Assembly: GCA_017535325.1 (NCBI GenBank)
Contig: JAFXUC010000139.1
Coordinates: forward strand, 3,970 to 67,969
Length of the DNA: 64,000 nt
Reading direction: 5' to 3'
Source of the DNA: Bacteroidales bacterium
Lineage (GTDB): Bacteria > Bacteroidota > Bacteroidia > Bacteroidales > UBA3824
In this document: one piece after another, positions 50,136 through 60,417 of the stretch
Layout of the letters: every line of letters starts with the position of its first letter
Numbering within the stretch: the first letter of the stretch is position 1
Notes under the pieces: generated by a model
The model's input: only the letters and a program-made list of their open reading frames with translations
Databases searched by the model: none
Told to the model about the DNA's origin: nothing
Position numbers and translations under genes: made by a program

Positions 50136-51062
50136 ATGAGAAAATTAATTTTATTGGCGGCTGTTTTTTTTGCCGCTTGTTGCGCGGCGTTTTCGCAAAA
50201 GGTTTACACCTCTGTCAGTGATGCTTTGAACAATCCTTCTGATGTTACTGTTTTGGATTTGAGCGGTCAGGGTCTGACGGAGATTCCCTCTGATTTCAGC
50301 GCGTTGACAAATTTGGAGGTGATTTATTTGCAGAACAACCAACTTACTGCTTTTCCCGAAGTACTTTGTTCTCTTACGGGACTTCAAATGATTTATGCTG
50401 ACGGTAATAAAATTGCGACGATACCTTCAAAAATTTCAGATTTGAAAAAATTAAAGGTTCTCTCTTTGGGCGGCAATCATTTGACGGAGTTTCCAAAGAC
50501 GGTTGCAGAGTTGGACAAGTTGGAATATCTTAACCTTGCCGCAAATCTTATACCTAATGTAGAACCTGAGATAACCGGACTTAACAACTTGGTTGAGTTG
50601 GACTTGTCTTACAACAAAATTACTGCATTGCCTGCTCAGTTCGGAACTTTTCCATCACTTGAAGTGCTACTTCTTTCGGGCAACAAAATCTCAACTTTGC
50701 AAAGTCTTGCGGGCTTGAAAAAAATTGCGATTCTGTATTTGGATGAATGTCCTTTGAAGGCTATGGAGCCTGTTGTATTTACGCTTGTTACTCTTAAAAG
50801 ACTTTCGATGTCGCAGTGCGGCATTTCTGTAATTCCCGCTGAGATTACCAAAATGACACGTCTTACGCATTTATTGCTCAACGGAAACAATATCTCCGTA
50901 ATGCCGAAAGCGTTGTTTTCGCTGAGCGGATTGCAGGAACTTAGTCTTGCTTCAAACGTTATTAAAGAACTTCCCGAAGATGTCTGCAAACTCAAATCTC
51001 TTGTGGATTTGAATCTTTGCAACAACCGTATTGACGAAGTGCCGATTTGTGTCAGCAGATGA
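50136..51062 (+). CDS. Exported leucine-rich repeat protein
   Basis: Signal peptide and repeated 23-aa LxxLxLxxNxL/IxxxP units. Possible frameshift near the 3' end. Confidence 0.92.
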   Translation: MRKLILLAAVFFAACCAAFSQKVYTSVSDALNNPSDVTVLDLSGQGLTEIPSDFSALTNLEVIYLQNNQLTAFPEVLCSLTGLQMIYADGNKIATIPSKISDLKKLKVLSLGGNHLTEFPKTVAELDKLEYLNLAANLIPNVEPEITGLNNLVELDLSYNKITALPAQFGTFPSLEVLLLSGNKISTLQSLAGLKKIAILYLDECPLKAMEPVVFTLVTLKRLSMSQCGISVIPAEITKMTRLTHLLLNGNNISVMPKALFSLSGLQELSLASNVIKELPEDVCKLKSLVDLNLCNNRIDEVPICVSR

Positions 51063-51138
51063 CGTTGAAATCTATCGGACTTTCCGGTATGGGTGTCCAG
51101 ATGTTCAATACTGCCGCCAATGATTATAAGGTTGCGTA

Positions 51139-51756
51139 TTAGAGTTTGTCCATTCCGAAGAAAATCAAAACGCCGTAAAGATAAAATCTTATGTAGCGCG
51201 TAAGTCCGTAGAGCATAGTCTGTTTGAGCGGATATTTTACCATTCCCGCCGCTAATGTTGTCGTTGCAAAAGGCAGCGGAAACAAGGCGGCGAGGATTAT
51301 GATTATACCTCCCCATTTCTGGATTCTGACAAAAAACTCAGCGTTGCGGTTTTCAAGCCAGGCGCGGAATTTCGGAAATTTCAAGGCTGTCTTGCCTATA
51401 AAATAAGCGTTGATTCCGCCGACGTAAGAGATTGTGCCGAGAATTGTCAGCCACAAAAGCGGCGAGTTGAACTTGTCGGACCACATAATAAAAAGGTCGG
51501 GCGGTATCCAGCCCAAAAACGATTCAGAAATCAAAAACAACGTCAGAACGCCGGGCGTGTCATGGCTGAAAATGTAATCCTCTATGATTTTTGAGAGGTT
51601 GAAAAAATGGTTCAAAACCAATACCGCCCCTACAATCAAAGCAATGATAATCAAGAGTTTTACTATTATTTTGCTCATAAATGAATACAAGCCCGTATGC
51701 TTGTTCCATCTGTGCCATATATCCAACTTTTCCTGAAATGTTTTTTCTTTTTTCAT
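51139..51756 (-). CDS. DedA/YqaA (VTT-domain) family membrane protein
   Basis: ISESFLGWIPPDLF, ALFPLPF, TRYIRF. Confidence 0.75.
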   Translation of the reverse strand: MKKEKTFQEKLDIWHRWNKHTGLYSFMSKIIVKLLIIIALIVGAVLVLNHFFNLSKIIEDYIFSHDTPGVLTLFLISESFLGWIPPDLFIMWSDKFNSPLLWLTILGTISYVGGINAYFIGKTALKFPKFRAWLENRNAEFFVRIQKWGGIIIILAALFPLPFATTTLAAGMVKYPLKQTMLYGLTRYIRFYLYGVLIFFGMDKL

Positions 51757-52988
51757 AATGTCTTTACTTCTTTTAAAATTTTGTCTGCCGCACCGAGGTT
51801 TTTGTTGACGTAATCCGTCGAGATTTTGCCGGCTCTTTCCAAAAGCGGCTTGTCTGACAAATACCTGTCTAAAACGGAACAGAGTTCTTCCTTGTTGCGG
51901 ATAGTGGCTGCGCTGCCGAGCGAAACCAAATCCACAGCCTCTTTGAACCGTTTGTAATTGGTTCCGAAAACAACAGGTATGCCGTAACTTACAGCCTCCA
52001 AAATATTGTGTATTCCGGCTCCGAAACCTCCGCCTACGTATGCTATTTCGGCGTATTTGTAGAGTCTTGACAACATTCCGAAATTGTCGATTATCAGAAC
52101 GTCGTAATCCTGAATTGAAGTTTCACTTGCTTTGGAAAATCTTATATGCTTAAATTTCAGTGTTTTCTCTATTGCAGAGAGATGTCCTTCGTGAATTTCG
52201 TGAGGAGCGATAATAAGTTTTATTTTGTGCTTGTCTTTTAGTTGCTCCAACGCTGAGAAAATCATGTTCTCGTCAGGCGGCCAACTTGACCCCGCAACTA
52301 TAACGCGGCTGTTTTCAACAAATTTGTCCACAAGAGGAATGTTTTCGGCGTTTTGCGTTATCTGACAAACACGGTCAAAACGGGTGTCGCCCGCTATCGT
52401 AACATTTGTAATTCCGTTTTCCGCCAAAAGTTTTACGGAGTTTTCGTCCTGAACAAACAAGTGGGTGAAAAATTCTAAAACCTTTTTGTATTTTCCTCCG
52501 TACCACTTAAAAAATACCTGCGATTCCCTGAAAATCGTAGAGAAGATATACAAAGGAATGTTTCTTAAATGTACTTCGCTCAAAAAGTTGTACCAAAAGT
52601 CGTATTTCACAAAGAAAACCGCCTTCGGATTCACTATGTCAAGAAACTTTTTGGCGTTGTTTGGCGTATCGGCGGGCATGTAGCAAACATAGTCCGCGCC
52701 GTTGTAGTTTTTGCGTACGTCGTAGCCCGACGGTGAAAAGAAAGTGAGTATTATCTTATAGCCGGGGTACAACTGTCTGAGACGTTCCATTACAGGACGT
52801 CCCTGTTCAAACTCGCCGAGCGAACTTACGTGAAACCAGACATTCTTGTCGTCTTTGTTGACATGCCGTGAGAGTTCTTCGAAAAGGTTTTTGCGCCCTT
52901 CCGTATATTTTTTTGCCTTGTCGTTAAGCGGTGCTATAATCCGCGCCGCGAGGTTGTATGTCCTTATGCCTAATGTATAAAAAAACAT
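51753..52988 (-). CDS. waaA: 3-deoxy-D-manno-octulosonic acid transferase
   Basis: WFHVSSLGEFEQG, TFFSPSG, GDTRFD, GSSW, IAPHE, YVGGGF, HNILEA. Confidence 0.95.
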   Translation of the reverse strand: MFFYTLGIRTYNLAARIIAPLNDKAKKYTEGRKNLFEELSRHVNKDDKNVWFHVSSLGEFEQGRPVMERLRQLYPGYKIILTFFSPSGYDVRKNYNGADYVCYMPADTPNNAKKFLDIVNPKAVFFVKYDFWYNFLSEVHLRNIPLYIFSTIFRESQVFFKWYGGKYKKVLEFFTHLFVQDENSVKLLAENGITNVTIAGDTRFDRVCQITQNAENIPLVDKFVENSRVIVAGSSWPPDENMIFSALEQLKDKHKIKLIIAPHEIHEGHLSAIEKTLKFKHIRFSKASETSIQDYDVLIIDNFGMLSRLYKYAEIAYVGGGFGAGIHNILEAVSYGIPVVFGTNYKRFKEAVDLVSLGSAATIRNKEELCSVLDRYLSDKPLLERAGKISTDYVNKNLGAADKILKEVKTL

Positions 52989-53134
52989 TTTTTTTAATAG
53001 AAAGATTTTTGTCAGCGCAAAGTTACTGATAATAATTGGAATATAAAAATAAAGTTTTATCCTTATATTTTTTGTATTGCACCGGAAAAAAACTTATCTT
53101 TGCCCCAAAAGTTTAATTAAAATAAAAAATAGCA

Positions 53135-53824
53135 ATGATAAGTAACGAAAAAAAAGAACTGATGGTTTTTCAAAAAAGAATCTTGGGATTGTTGGGATTC
53201 TTTTTGGTGCCGTGTGCTATTGGCTTCGGCCTTTTGGGAGACAATTCCGCTATTACAAATCCCAAATGGTGGTATTCTATAAGCATGACATATTATGCAA
53301 ACTCACAGATTTGCATGATTGGAGTATTGTTCTCAATGTCGGTGTTGTTTTTGTCGTATGTCGGCTATAATGCCTCGGACAGAATCTTGACTATAATATC
53401 CGGTTTGAGCGCATTGGGAATTGTCGTTTTTCCGTGCGGACACGACGACATTTTGATAACAGGTCTTTTTGGCTTGGATTGTGCAACAAGTTTCAAAATC
53501 CACTGCATTTGTGCGAGCGTGATGTTTGTAAGTTTTGCTATAATGGTGGGATACAATTTCAGACAGGGCAAAGACGGCGAAGAGGGTACACCCGAAAAGA
53601 AAGTCAGAAACAAGATATATTCTATTTGCGCCGCCGTGATAATCGTCTTTATGCTGAACCAGGTTATAACAGCATATTTCGGCTGCCCCGGCTATTGGAC
53701 GCTGATCAACGAGGCGATAATGCTTTGGGCGTTTAGTTTTGCGTGGCTCGTCAAAGCCGAATTTTTCCCGTGGTTCTACGACAAGACAATATCGCCAAAA
53801 ATTGACGGGGCTCTTCTGAAATAA
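53135..53824 (+). CDS. Multi-pass membrane protein (DUF998-like)
   Basis: About 6 TM helices; SISMTYY, YVGY..D, IH..CA, RNKIY, E...WLVK. Confidence 0.6.
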   Translation: MISNEKKELMVFQKRILGLLGFFLVPCAIGFGLLGDNSAITNPKWWYSISMTYYANSQICMIGVLFSMSVLFLSYVGYNASDRILTIISGLSALGIVVFPCGHDDILITGLFGLDCATSFKIHCICASVMFVSFAIMVGYNFRQGKDGEEGTPEKKVRNKIYSICAAVIIVFMLNQVITAYFGCPGYWTLINEAIMLWAFSFAWLVKAEFFPWFYDKTISPKIDGALLK

Positions 53825-53929
53825 CGTTGTAATTTTTACAATTTTTTTGCTTAAAAGTTGTAAATTTCAGAAAATTGCATTATTTTTGTGGCGATAAGTG
53901 TTAAACATTGCTAAATATATTGTAACAAT

Positions 53930-56233
53930 ATGGAAATACTCGACGACTATATCTCAACTATTCTGCACGGTTTGGACGAAGGTCTTGTCATCACCGACAA
54001 AACCTTCAACAGAGTTTACAACAACAATGTCCTCAACAGCATTTTGGAACTTCCTGACAACAACGATGCCAATGTGTTCGATTATGTCAGCAGTGAAGAC
54101 ATAGAAATTATCAAAACGCTTTTGTCGCAGACAAGCGGCAACAAAGTGAATATTGATGTCAAAATCACCTCTGCCAAGGGCAACAAAAAGTCTCTGAAGC
54201 TCAGCATTTCGCCTTATTTTGACACCAAACGCAATGCCAACGGTTATATAGTGTCCGTTGTTGACAAGTCGGAAGAAGAGAAAGACAAAATCGCCCTGAA
54301 AGCCGCAATGTCAAACCTCGACCTTGTTGCCAACAGCACAGCCGATGTGATATTAAGGTACGATTTCAGGACTTTTGAAATGTCTTTTGTCAGCAAGTCA
54401 ATAAAATATATGGCGGGTTATGACTATGAGGAACTTCTCGGAACACGTTGTGTTGACCTTTTCCATCCGAGCGTCCGTCAGCCGATTATTGACACTGTTA
54501 CAAGTTACGTAAACGGAACGCGCAGTTTTGCTCGCGGCGGACACGACAAGATTCGTCTGCCGATGTTGAAAAAAGACGGCACGTGTATTATGACCGAAGT
54601 TCTCTCGTCGTTTTTGCGCGACTCCAACGACCGTCCGATTGACTGTATTTCGATTATCCACGACATCAGCGAAACCCTACGCTACGAAAAGCAGATCAGC
54701 GAGCAGAACAATGTTATGAACACGCTCATCAACAACCTTATCGCCGATGTTTACCTAAAAGACAAAAATCTGAAATACAAGATTGCAAACCTCAGGTATG
54801 CAAAATCTATCGGGTTTGATTCCGTTGACAAAATCCTTGACAAAACCGACTCCGAGTTGGGAATCGAAGGCAGCGCGGCTATTGAGCAGTTTGAGCAGCA
54901 TATCATCAACACCGCAAATCCGTCTTTCAATATCGAAAAAAAGATAACCGACCAGGAGGGCAACGAAAAATGGATTTCAACCTCAAAGTTGTCGTACAAA
55001 AACAACGACGGACAAATATCCGGCGTTATAGGCGTGGTCCGCGACATCACAAAACGTAAAAACTACGAACAGACCATTCTTGAACGCACAAGACAGTTTG
55101 AGAACACAATCAACACCTTGACAGACGTTTATGTAAAAACCGACAACGAGGGTAAAATAGTGGAAGTAAGTCCGTCAGTGTGTGCGCTTTACGGCTGCAA
55201 ACTCAAAACCGATATTATCGGCAAGAATTTCTTTGACACATTGTGCCAGATTGATTACGACTACCATATTTTTGTGAAAGAAATTACCAAGATAGGCAGG
55301 ATTGACGGTTTTTCAAACAAATTAGTCAATCTTTTGGGTCAGGAAAAATATGTGGAATCCAATCTTGTTACGTGGGTTGACAGCGAAAATGCGATTGCCG
55401 GTTTTGAGGGCATACTTCACGACGTTACAGAGCGGGTTATCCGTGAAAAGACCATCGAATCCCAAAAACGTACCATCGAACTTGCTCATAAGGAAACGAT
55501 GGACAGCATCAACGCCGCAAAGCATACACAGTCAGCCATAATGCCTTTCAGCCGTATTCCGAACCTCTTCAACAGCGGTTTCGTAATCTACCGTCCGAAA
55601 GACGTTGTAGGAGGCGACTTTTTTTATGCGGTTGAAAAATTCGGCAAAACGATAGCCACCGTGGGCGATTGTACGGGACACGGCGTTTCGGGCGCACTGC
55701 TGAGCACCTTGTCGATGTCGTTTTTGAGCAATGTCATCAACGAACTCTCCGACACCGATCTAAACTCGGACAATATTCTTGAAGCCTTGCGCACCAAGGT
55801 TATCAACACTATGAACGAAAGCAGCGAAGGATTCGATATTAGTCTGATAGTGGTGGACAAAGAGAAAAGACAGTTGCAGTTTTCTGGTGCTTTCAATTCT
55901 ATGTACTATGTGCGTAAAGGCGTCCTTACCGAGTATCCGGCTGACAAGTGTCCTATCGGACGTTATCCCAAGTTGGTTAATTTTCAGCGCAACACCATCG
56001 ACTATGAAGAAGGCGATGAGGTATTCCTGTTTTCGGACGGTTACGGCGATCAGTTCGGAGGTCCGAACAACCGCCGCTTCGGTTCTCCAAAACTGCGCGA
56101 ATTGTGTGCGGAAGTATTCCCGCTTAACACCGCAGAGCAAAAGGAAAAAATTGAGCGTACCCTCGATGAATGGATGGCTCAGCAGTCCCTTTCTCAAATA
56201 GACGACGTTACCGTAATGGGCATAAAACTTTAA
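53930..56233 (+). CDS. Cytoplasmic multi-PAS SpoIIE/PP2C-family protein phosphatase
   Basis: Four PAS/PAC units ending VVDKS, HDISE, RDITK and HDVTE. PP2C motifs VGGDFF, DCTGHGVSGA, FSDGYGDQFGG, QIDDV. Confidence 0.92.
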   Translation: MEILDDYISTILHGLDEGLVITDKTFNRVYNNNVLNSILELPDNNDANVFDYVSSEDIEIIKTLLSQTSGNKVNIDVKITSAKGNKKSLKLSISPYFDTKRNANGYIVSVVDKSEEEKDKIALKAAMSNLDLVANSTADVILRYDFRTFEMSFVSKSIKYMAGYDYEELLGTRCVDLFHPSVRQPIIDTVTSYVNGTRSFARGGHDKIRLPMLKKDGTCIMTEVLSSFLRDSNDRPIDCISIIHDISETLRYEKQISEQNNVMNTLINNLIADVYLKDKNLKYKIANLRYAKSIGFDSVDKILDKTDSELGIEGSAAIEQFEQHIINTANPSFNIEKKITDQEGNEKWISTSKLSYKNNDGQISGVIGVVRDITKRKNYEQTILERTRQFENTINTLTDVYVKTDNEGKIVEVSPSVCALYGCKLKTDIIGKNFFDTLCQIDYDYHIFVKEITKIGRIDGFSNKLVNLLGQEKYVESNLVTWVDSENAIAGFEGILHDVTERVIREKTIESQKRTIELAHKETMDSINAAKHTQSAIMPFSRIPNLFNSGFVIYRPKDVVGGDFFYAVEKFGKTIATVGDCTGHGVSGALLSTLSMSFLSNVINELSDTDLNSDNILEALRTKVINTMNESSEGFDISLIVVDKEKRQLQFSGAFNSMYYVRKGVLTEYPADKCPIGRYPKLVNFQRNTIDYEEGDEVFLFSDGYGDQFGGPNNRRFGSPKLRELCAEVFPLNTAEQKEKIERTLDEWMAQQSLSQIDDVTVMGIKL

Positions 56234-56259
56234 GCGCATGAAAAACGGATAAAATTTTT

Positions 56260-56298
56260 TGGCTGTAACCCCGGAATTTAGCGGGTTACAGCCATTTT
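56260..56298 (+). terminator. Hairpin between the phosphatase and ABC genes
   Basis: TGGCTGTAACCC...GGGTTACAGCCA with a short T run. Confidence 0.6.
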
Positions 56299-56312
56299 AA
56301 TAAATAAATCAA

Positions 56313-57266
56313 ATGTTACAACTAGAAAACATTACAAAAAACTACGGCAGTTTCCGCGCGGTTGACGACCTTTCGTTTACCGCCGAAGAAGGCAAAATTA
56401 TCGGATTGATAGGGCCTAACGGCGCGGGCAAATCCACAACCATCAGGCTCATAATGAACATTTTGCAGCCCGACAGCGGACAAATTCTGATTAACGGAGA
56501 GCCTTACAGGGATGAGGACAGCGACCTTATCGGTTATCTTCCCGAAGAACGCGGCCTCTACAAAAAGCAGAAAGTCAGCGATATGCTCCGTTATCTTGCC
56601 TCGTTGAAAGGAATGAAAGCAGAAGAAATTGAAACGCAAATCGACCTTTGGCTCTCACGTTTCGGACTCTCAAAATGGAAAAATGAAAAAATCGATGCAC
56701 TTTCAAAAGGCATGTCGCAAAAAATACAGTTTATCTCCGCCATAATGCACTCGCCGAAGATAATCTTTCTTGACGAACCGTTTTCAGGACTCGACCCCGT
56801 CAGCAGCGACGAACTGTTGAAGGTTATCAAAGAACTAAAAACGCAGGGACGTATTATCATGTTTTCAACGCACGTAATGGAGACCGCCGAAATTATCTGC
56901 GATCATATCATTATGATTAACCACGGCAAAAAAATCCTTGACGGCACAATTCAGGATATACGGAAAAAGTACGGCTCAGACACAATCACAATCGACTGTA
57001 CCGGCAGCCATTCGTTTCTTGAAGGTATAGACAGCGTAGCGGGCGTTACCGAAAGAGGCCACGAACTGAACATCGCGTTCAAGCCCGGAGCCGACGTAAA
57101 CTCCCTTATGAGGGAAATTGTCAACAAAGCGTATGAAAACCAATGCGTTATCAGCAGTCTGAAAGTTGACCAGCCGTCGCTCCACTCAATTTTTGTAAGC
57201 ATTGCCGCCCAAACAGACGGACAAAACACAACTCAAAACACATCAGAAAATGAAATCAAAAATTAA
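56313..57266 (+). CDS. ABC-2 type exporter ATP-binding protein (NatA/YhaQ-like)
   Basis: GPNGAGKST, GYLPEERGLY, LSKGMSQK, LDEPFSGLDP, PSLHSIF. Confidence 0.92.
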   Translation: MLQLENITKNYGSFRAVDDLSFTAEEGKIIGLIGPNGAGKSTTIRLIMNILQPDSGQILINGEPYRDEDSDLIGYLPEERGLYKKQKVSDMLRYLASLKGMKAEEIETQIDLWLSRFGLSKWKNEKIDALSKGMSQKIQFISAIMHSPKIIFLDEPFSGLDPVSSDELLKVIKELKTQGRIIMFSTHVMETAEIICDHIIMINHGKKILDGTIQDIRKKYGSDTITIDCTGSHSFLEGIDSVAGVTERGHELNIAFKPGADVNSLMREIVNKAYENQCVISSLKVDQPSLHSIFVSIAAQTDGQNTTQNTSENEIKN

Positions 57267-58485
57267 ACAGGTTGTAAAATTCGAGTTTTTGAGAATTGTT
57301 AAAACCAAAGGCTTTATTATAGCCCTGATTCTCGCTCCGTTTTTGATGGGCGGAGGCATAGCGGCGTTGATTTATTTTACCGAGCAGTCAAACGACCGCA
57401 CCACAGAGGAAATCTCCATCGGCGTTAAAATCCCTGCTTCTGACTCGTTGTATATACCGATTGTCTCGGCAATTTCGGCAAAAGGCTGGACAATCGTGGA
57501 AAATTCCGACGCGGGAGAACTCCGGCAACTGACCTTGGACAACCGTCTCAAAGGTTACATTGAATACGACAGCATAAAAGGCGTAAGTTATTATTCTGAC
57601 AAACTTGCCGACCTTTACATAACCAACACCATCACACAAATAGTTCAGAACGTAAACCGCAGCCGCGAAATAAGACAGTTGGGGCTTGACGAGGAACAGG
57701 TTTCAAGGCTTTTGAATCCGGAATCCGTCTCCACTTACAAACTCAGCAGCGAGACCTCGGAGACTGCCGAAGCCGCCAACGCCAACGCTGAATACGGCAT
57801 AAAATTAGCCTGCGGAACGGTTTTTTTTATGCTTTTTGCGATGAGCTTAATGATGTTTTCTTTGAGTGTCGGACGGTCGGTTTTGGAAGACAAATCGACA
57901 AAAATCGTGGACGTTTTGCTGACTTCCGTAAAACCCGAACAACTTTTGACGGGTAAGATTTTGGGCATAAGCGCGGCAAGTTTTCTCCAAATGTCAACAT
58001 GGATAATAATCGGCGCGGTTTCGGTAACGTGTTCAAACGTTTCTGCGCTTTCGGGCATTTCAGATATTTTAACGCCGGGGATATGGGCGATGTCGGCGGT
58101 GTTCTTTTTGTTCGGATTTTTTGCGGCGACGGCTGTTTATGCGTCAATAGGAGCGATGTCCGAGACGGAGCAGCATTTCAACCGTCTGAGCAGTTATGTA
58201 ATCTGGATTATAATGCTGCCGTGTTTTTTTATGGGACCCATCGCGCAAAACCCCGATTCAACGCTTGCCAATGTTTTGTCGTTTATACCGATAATGTCAT
58301 CGAGTCTTATGCCGTTCAGGGTTATAATGGTGGATGTTCCGGTATGGCAAATTCTTACAAGTTTCGGAATACTTTTAATTTCGACATTTTTGCTGATAAA
58401 ACTCTCCGCAAAGATTTTCCGCAACGGAATAATGCAGCAGGGCAAAGAGTTCGGTTTTAAGGATATTTTTAAGTGGTTGAAATAA
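57250..58485 (+). CDS. ABC-2 type exporter permease (NatB/YhaP-like)
   Basis: SVLEDKSTKIVDVLLTSV, GKILG, AKIFRNGIM; 1+5 TM layout; overlaps the ATPase gene. Confidence 0.9.
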   Translation: MKSKIKQVVKFEFLRIVKTKGFIIALILAPFLMGGGIAALIYFTEQSNDRTTEEISIGVKIPASDSLYIPIVSAISAKGWTIVENSDAGELRQLTLDNRLKGYIEYDSIKGVSYYSDKLADLYITNTITQIVQNVNRSREIRQLGLDEEQVSRLLNPESVSTYKLSSETSETAEAANANAEYGIKLACGTVFFMLFAMSLMMFSLSVGRSVLEDKSTKIVDVLLTSVKPEQLLTGKILGISAASFLQMSTWIIIGAVSVTCSNVSALSGISDILTPGIWAMSAVFFLFGFFAATAVYASIGAMSETEQHFNRLSSYVIWIIMLPCFFMGPIAQNPDSTLANVLSFIPIMSSSLMPFRVIMVDVPVWQILTSFGILLISTFLLIKLSAKIFRNGIMQQGKEFGFKDIFKWLK

Positions 58486-58494
58486 AAACAAAAT

Positions 58495-58535
58495 AAAAAA
58501 GACCGTGTGGAATGATTATCCGCACGGTCTTTTTT
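58495..58535. terminator. Bidirectional terminator
   Basis: AAAAAAGACCGTGTGG...CCGCACGGTCTTTTTT. Confidence 0.8.
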
Positions 58536-58547
58536 ATGTATGGAAAA

Positions 58548-59165
58548 TTAGAATGTGTAAACAACGCTGAATCCTAATGATTCCAAAGAAATATTAGCAC
58601 TCCATTTGTTTGTTATGTCTTTCCTGTTGTCGTCTTTGGCAGGCTTTGAAACATAGTGTTGATAGTAAAGACTGCCAAATTCTATGCCTGCACTCCATTT
58701 ACTGTTGAATTTGTAATTCAGTACAGGGAAAAATCCGAATCTTATGTCAGTGTTTTTGGTAAGAGCCTCGTCTTGATTTTTATGTTTTCCAAAACCTAAT
58801 ACAAGTTTTGTTTTAACACCGAAATTTACTTTTTCCGATGCTACAAAGTCATAGCGGAAATACGGATTGAACTGGAATGAATTGTCTGCATCCCATAATT
58901 TTTTGTCCTGGGCATCTTTATCTTTTTCATGATAAAATCTTACTTCTCCGCCAAATGCCATATTGTCGCAGAAATAGTAACCTAATTCAGCCCCGAAGTG
59001 AAATACATTGTGAGGGTCTGCGTCAGAGGTATTTCCGTTTCTTTCATATTTTCCGGCAGTGTTGCTCATGCCGAAATTACCGGTAACAAACAATTGTGCA
59101 TTGACATTTGTTGTTGCGGCTATAAATCCTAATACAGCCGCAACCGTTTTTAAACCTTTCTTCAT
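58548..59165 (-). CDS. Outer-membrane beta-barrel protein (8-stranded type)
   Basis: Signal peptide ending VNA-Q, alternating aromatic strands (FNPYFRY) and a C-terminal YTF. Confidence 0.85.
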   Translation of the reverse strand: MKKGLKTVAAVLGFIAATTNVNAQLFVTGNFGMSNTAGKYERNGNTSDADPHNVFHFGAELGYYFCDNMAFGGEVRFYHEKDKDAQDKKLWDADNSFQFNPYFRYDFVASEKVNFGVKTKLVLGFGKHKNQDEALTKNTDIRFGFFPVLNYKFNSKWSAGIEFGSLYYQHYVSKPAKDDNRKDITNKWSANISLESLGFSVVYTF

Positions 59166-59413
59166 AAATTCAAAAAAATTAGATTGATTAATTAAATTGC
59201 GCAAAGGTATTTTTATTTTTTGCCTTTATCATTAAACCTGTATTAAATTAATCTGTTTAATTTAATGTTTTGTAATTCTACTGGCTTAAAATTCTTAAAA
59301 ACGAGAGCCGATGATAAAAAAATGATTTTTTTGAAAAAAAGTTCAAAAAAAATTTTTTTATCTGAAATTTTAACGCTACCTTTGCACCGTCAAATTTAGA
59401 CATTCTGTTTGAT

Positions 59414-59486
<73 letters not shown>

Positions 59487-59491
59487 CTCAT

Positions 59492-59532
59492 AAAAAAGAG
59501 GCCGCTTGAAAATAAAAGCGGTCTCTTTTTTT
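59492..59532. terminator. Terminator after tRNA-Phe
   Basis: AAAAAAGAGGCCGCTT...AAGCGGTCTCTTTTTT. Confidence 0.8.
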
Positions 59533-59551
59533 ATTGTAATATGGATATAAT

Positions 59552-59992
59552 TTATAAACTCTTACACCAACTTACAAAATACCTGATGCCGGCAATGATA
59601 AGGGCTGTGCCTAAACCTGGGTAAAATCCTGCAAAAAATTCTGCCGGAATGCCGGGGATGAATTTCAACGAAATTCCCAAACCCATCATAAATATGATGA
59701 GGATATATCCGCGAAGGTCAAAAAACGCAAAGAGTGATTTTTTACGTTCAGGAAAACCGAGGATTCGCGCAGTGTAACGTTTGATGAAGTTGTTGAACAT
59801 CAGCGAAAACAATACAGCCACAACAACGGCAATCAATGCAAGCCACCATACTCTTTCAGGATTGCAGTCGTTTACAGTTTTCATTGCAGTAATGCCGGTA
59901 ATAAGTATTTTTATGCCCGGAAAAAGCCAAAAAAGCACTTGCATCAGCAGCAAGTGCTCTCTGTTAACAGGTAAAATTTTATCTACATTCAT
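59552..59992 (-). CDS. Hypothetical 4-TM membrane protein
   Basis: Four hydrophobic helices. ATGA overlap with the upstream A1S_2505-family gene. Confidence 0.75.
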   Translation of the reverse strand: MNVDKILPVNREHLLLMQVLFWLFPGIKILITGITAMKTVNDCNPERVWWLALIAVVVAVLFSLMFNNFIKRYTARILGFPERKKSLFAFFDLRGYILIIFMMGLGISLKFIPGIPAEFFAGFYPGLGTALIIAGIRYFVSWCKSL

Positions 59993-60417
59993 AACTTTAA
60001 AATTTTCACAAACGTTTCCGGCAGACAAATATTTTCCACCTCAACTGCGTCTTTGAACAACGGCGCAATGTCAGAATCATTGAAACCCGCAATTCCACAG
60101 CCAATTCTTGTTACATAAAAAAACAAATCCTTGTGCTCTTTGGCAAATGAAATAAATTGGTCAACGTACGGTTTGATAGTTTCAACACCGCCCTGCATTG
60201 TAGGAATGGCGTAACTCTGACCTTGCAGTCCTACGCCCTGTCCCCAAACCGCGCCAAACTTATTTACAGCGGCTCTTGCTGCCCCTCCGCCGTGCTGACC
60301 ATGCAGATTGCTTCCAAAAACGAAAATTTCGTCCGCCTTCAACGACGATATTGCCGCCGGTGTATATGACGGACGCTCAATATTGTTATAAATCCGTTGA
60401 TTATTAGATGTTTGCAT
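59989..60417 (-). CDS. A1S_2505-family (macrodomain-like) protein
   Basis: EIFVFGSNLHGQHGGGAARAA...FGA..G.G.GLQGQSYAIPT...FYVTRIGCGIAG. Confidence 0.8.
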   Translation of the reverse strand: MQTSNNQRIYNNIERPSYTPAAISSLKADEIFVFGSNLHGQHGGGAARAAVNKFGAVWGQGVGLQGQSYAIPTMQGGVETIKPYVDQFISFAKEHKDLFFYVTRIGCGIAGFNDSDIAPLFKDAVEVENICLPETFVKILKL

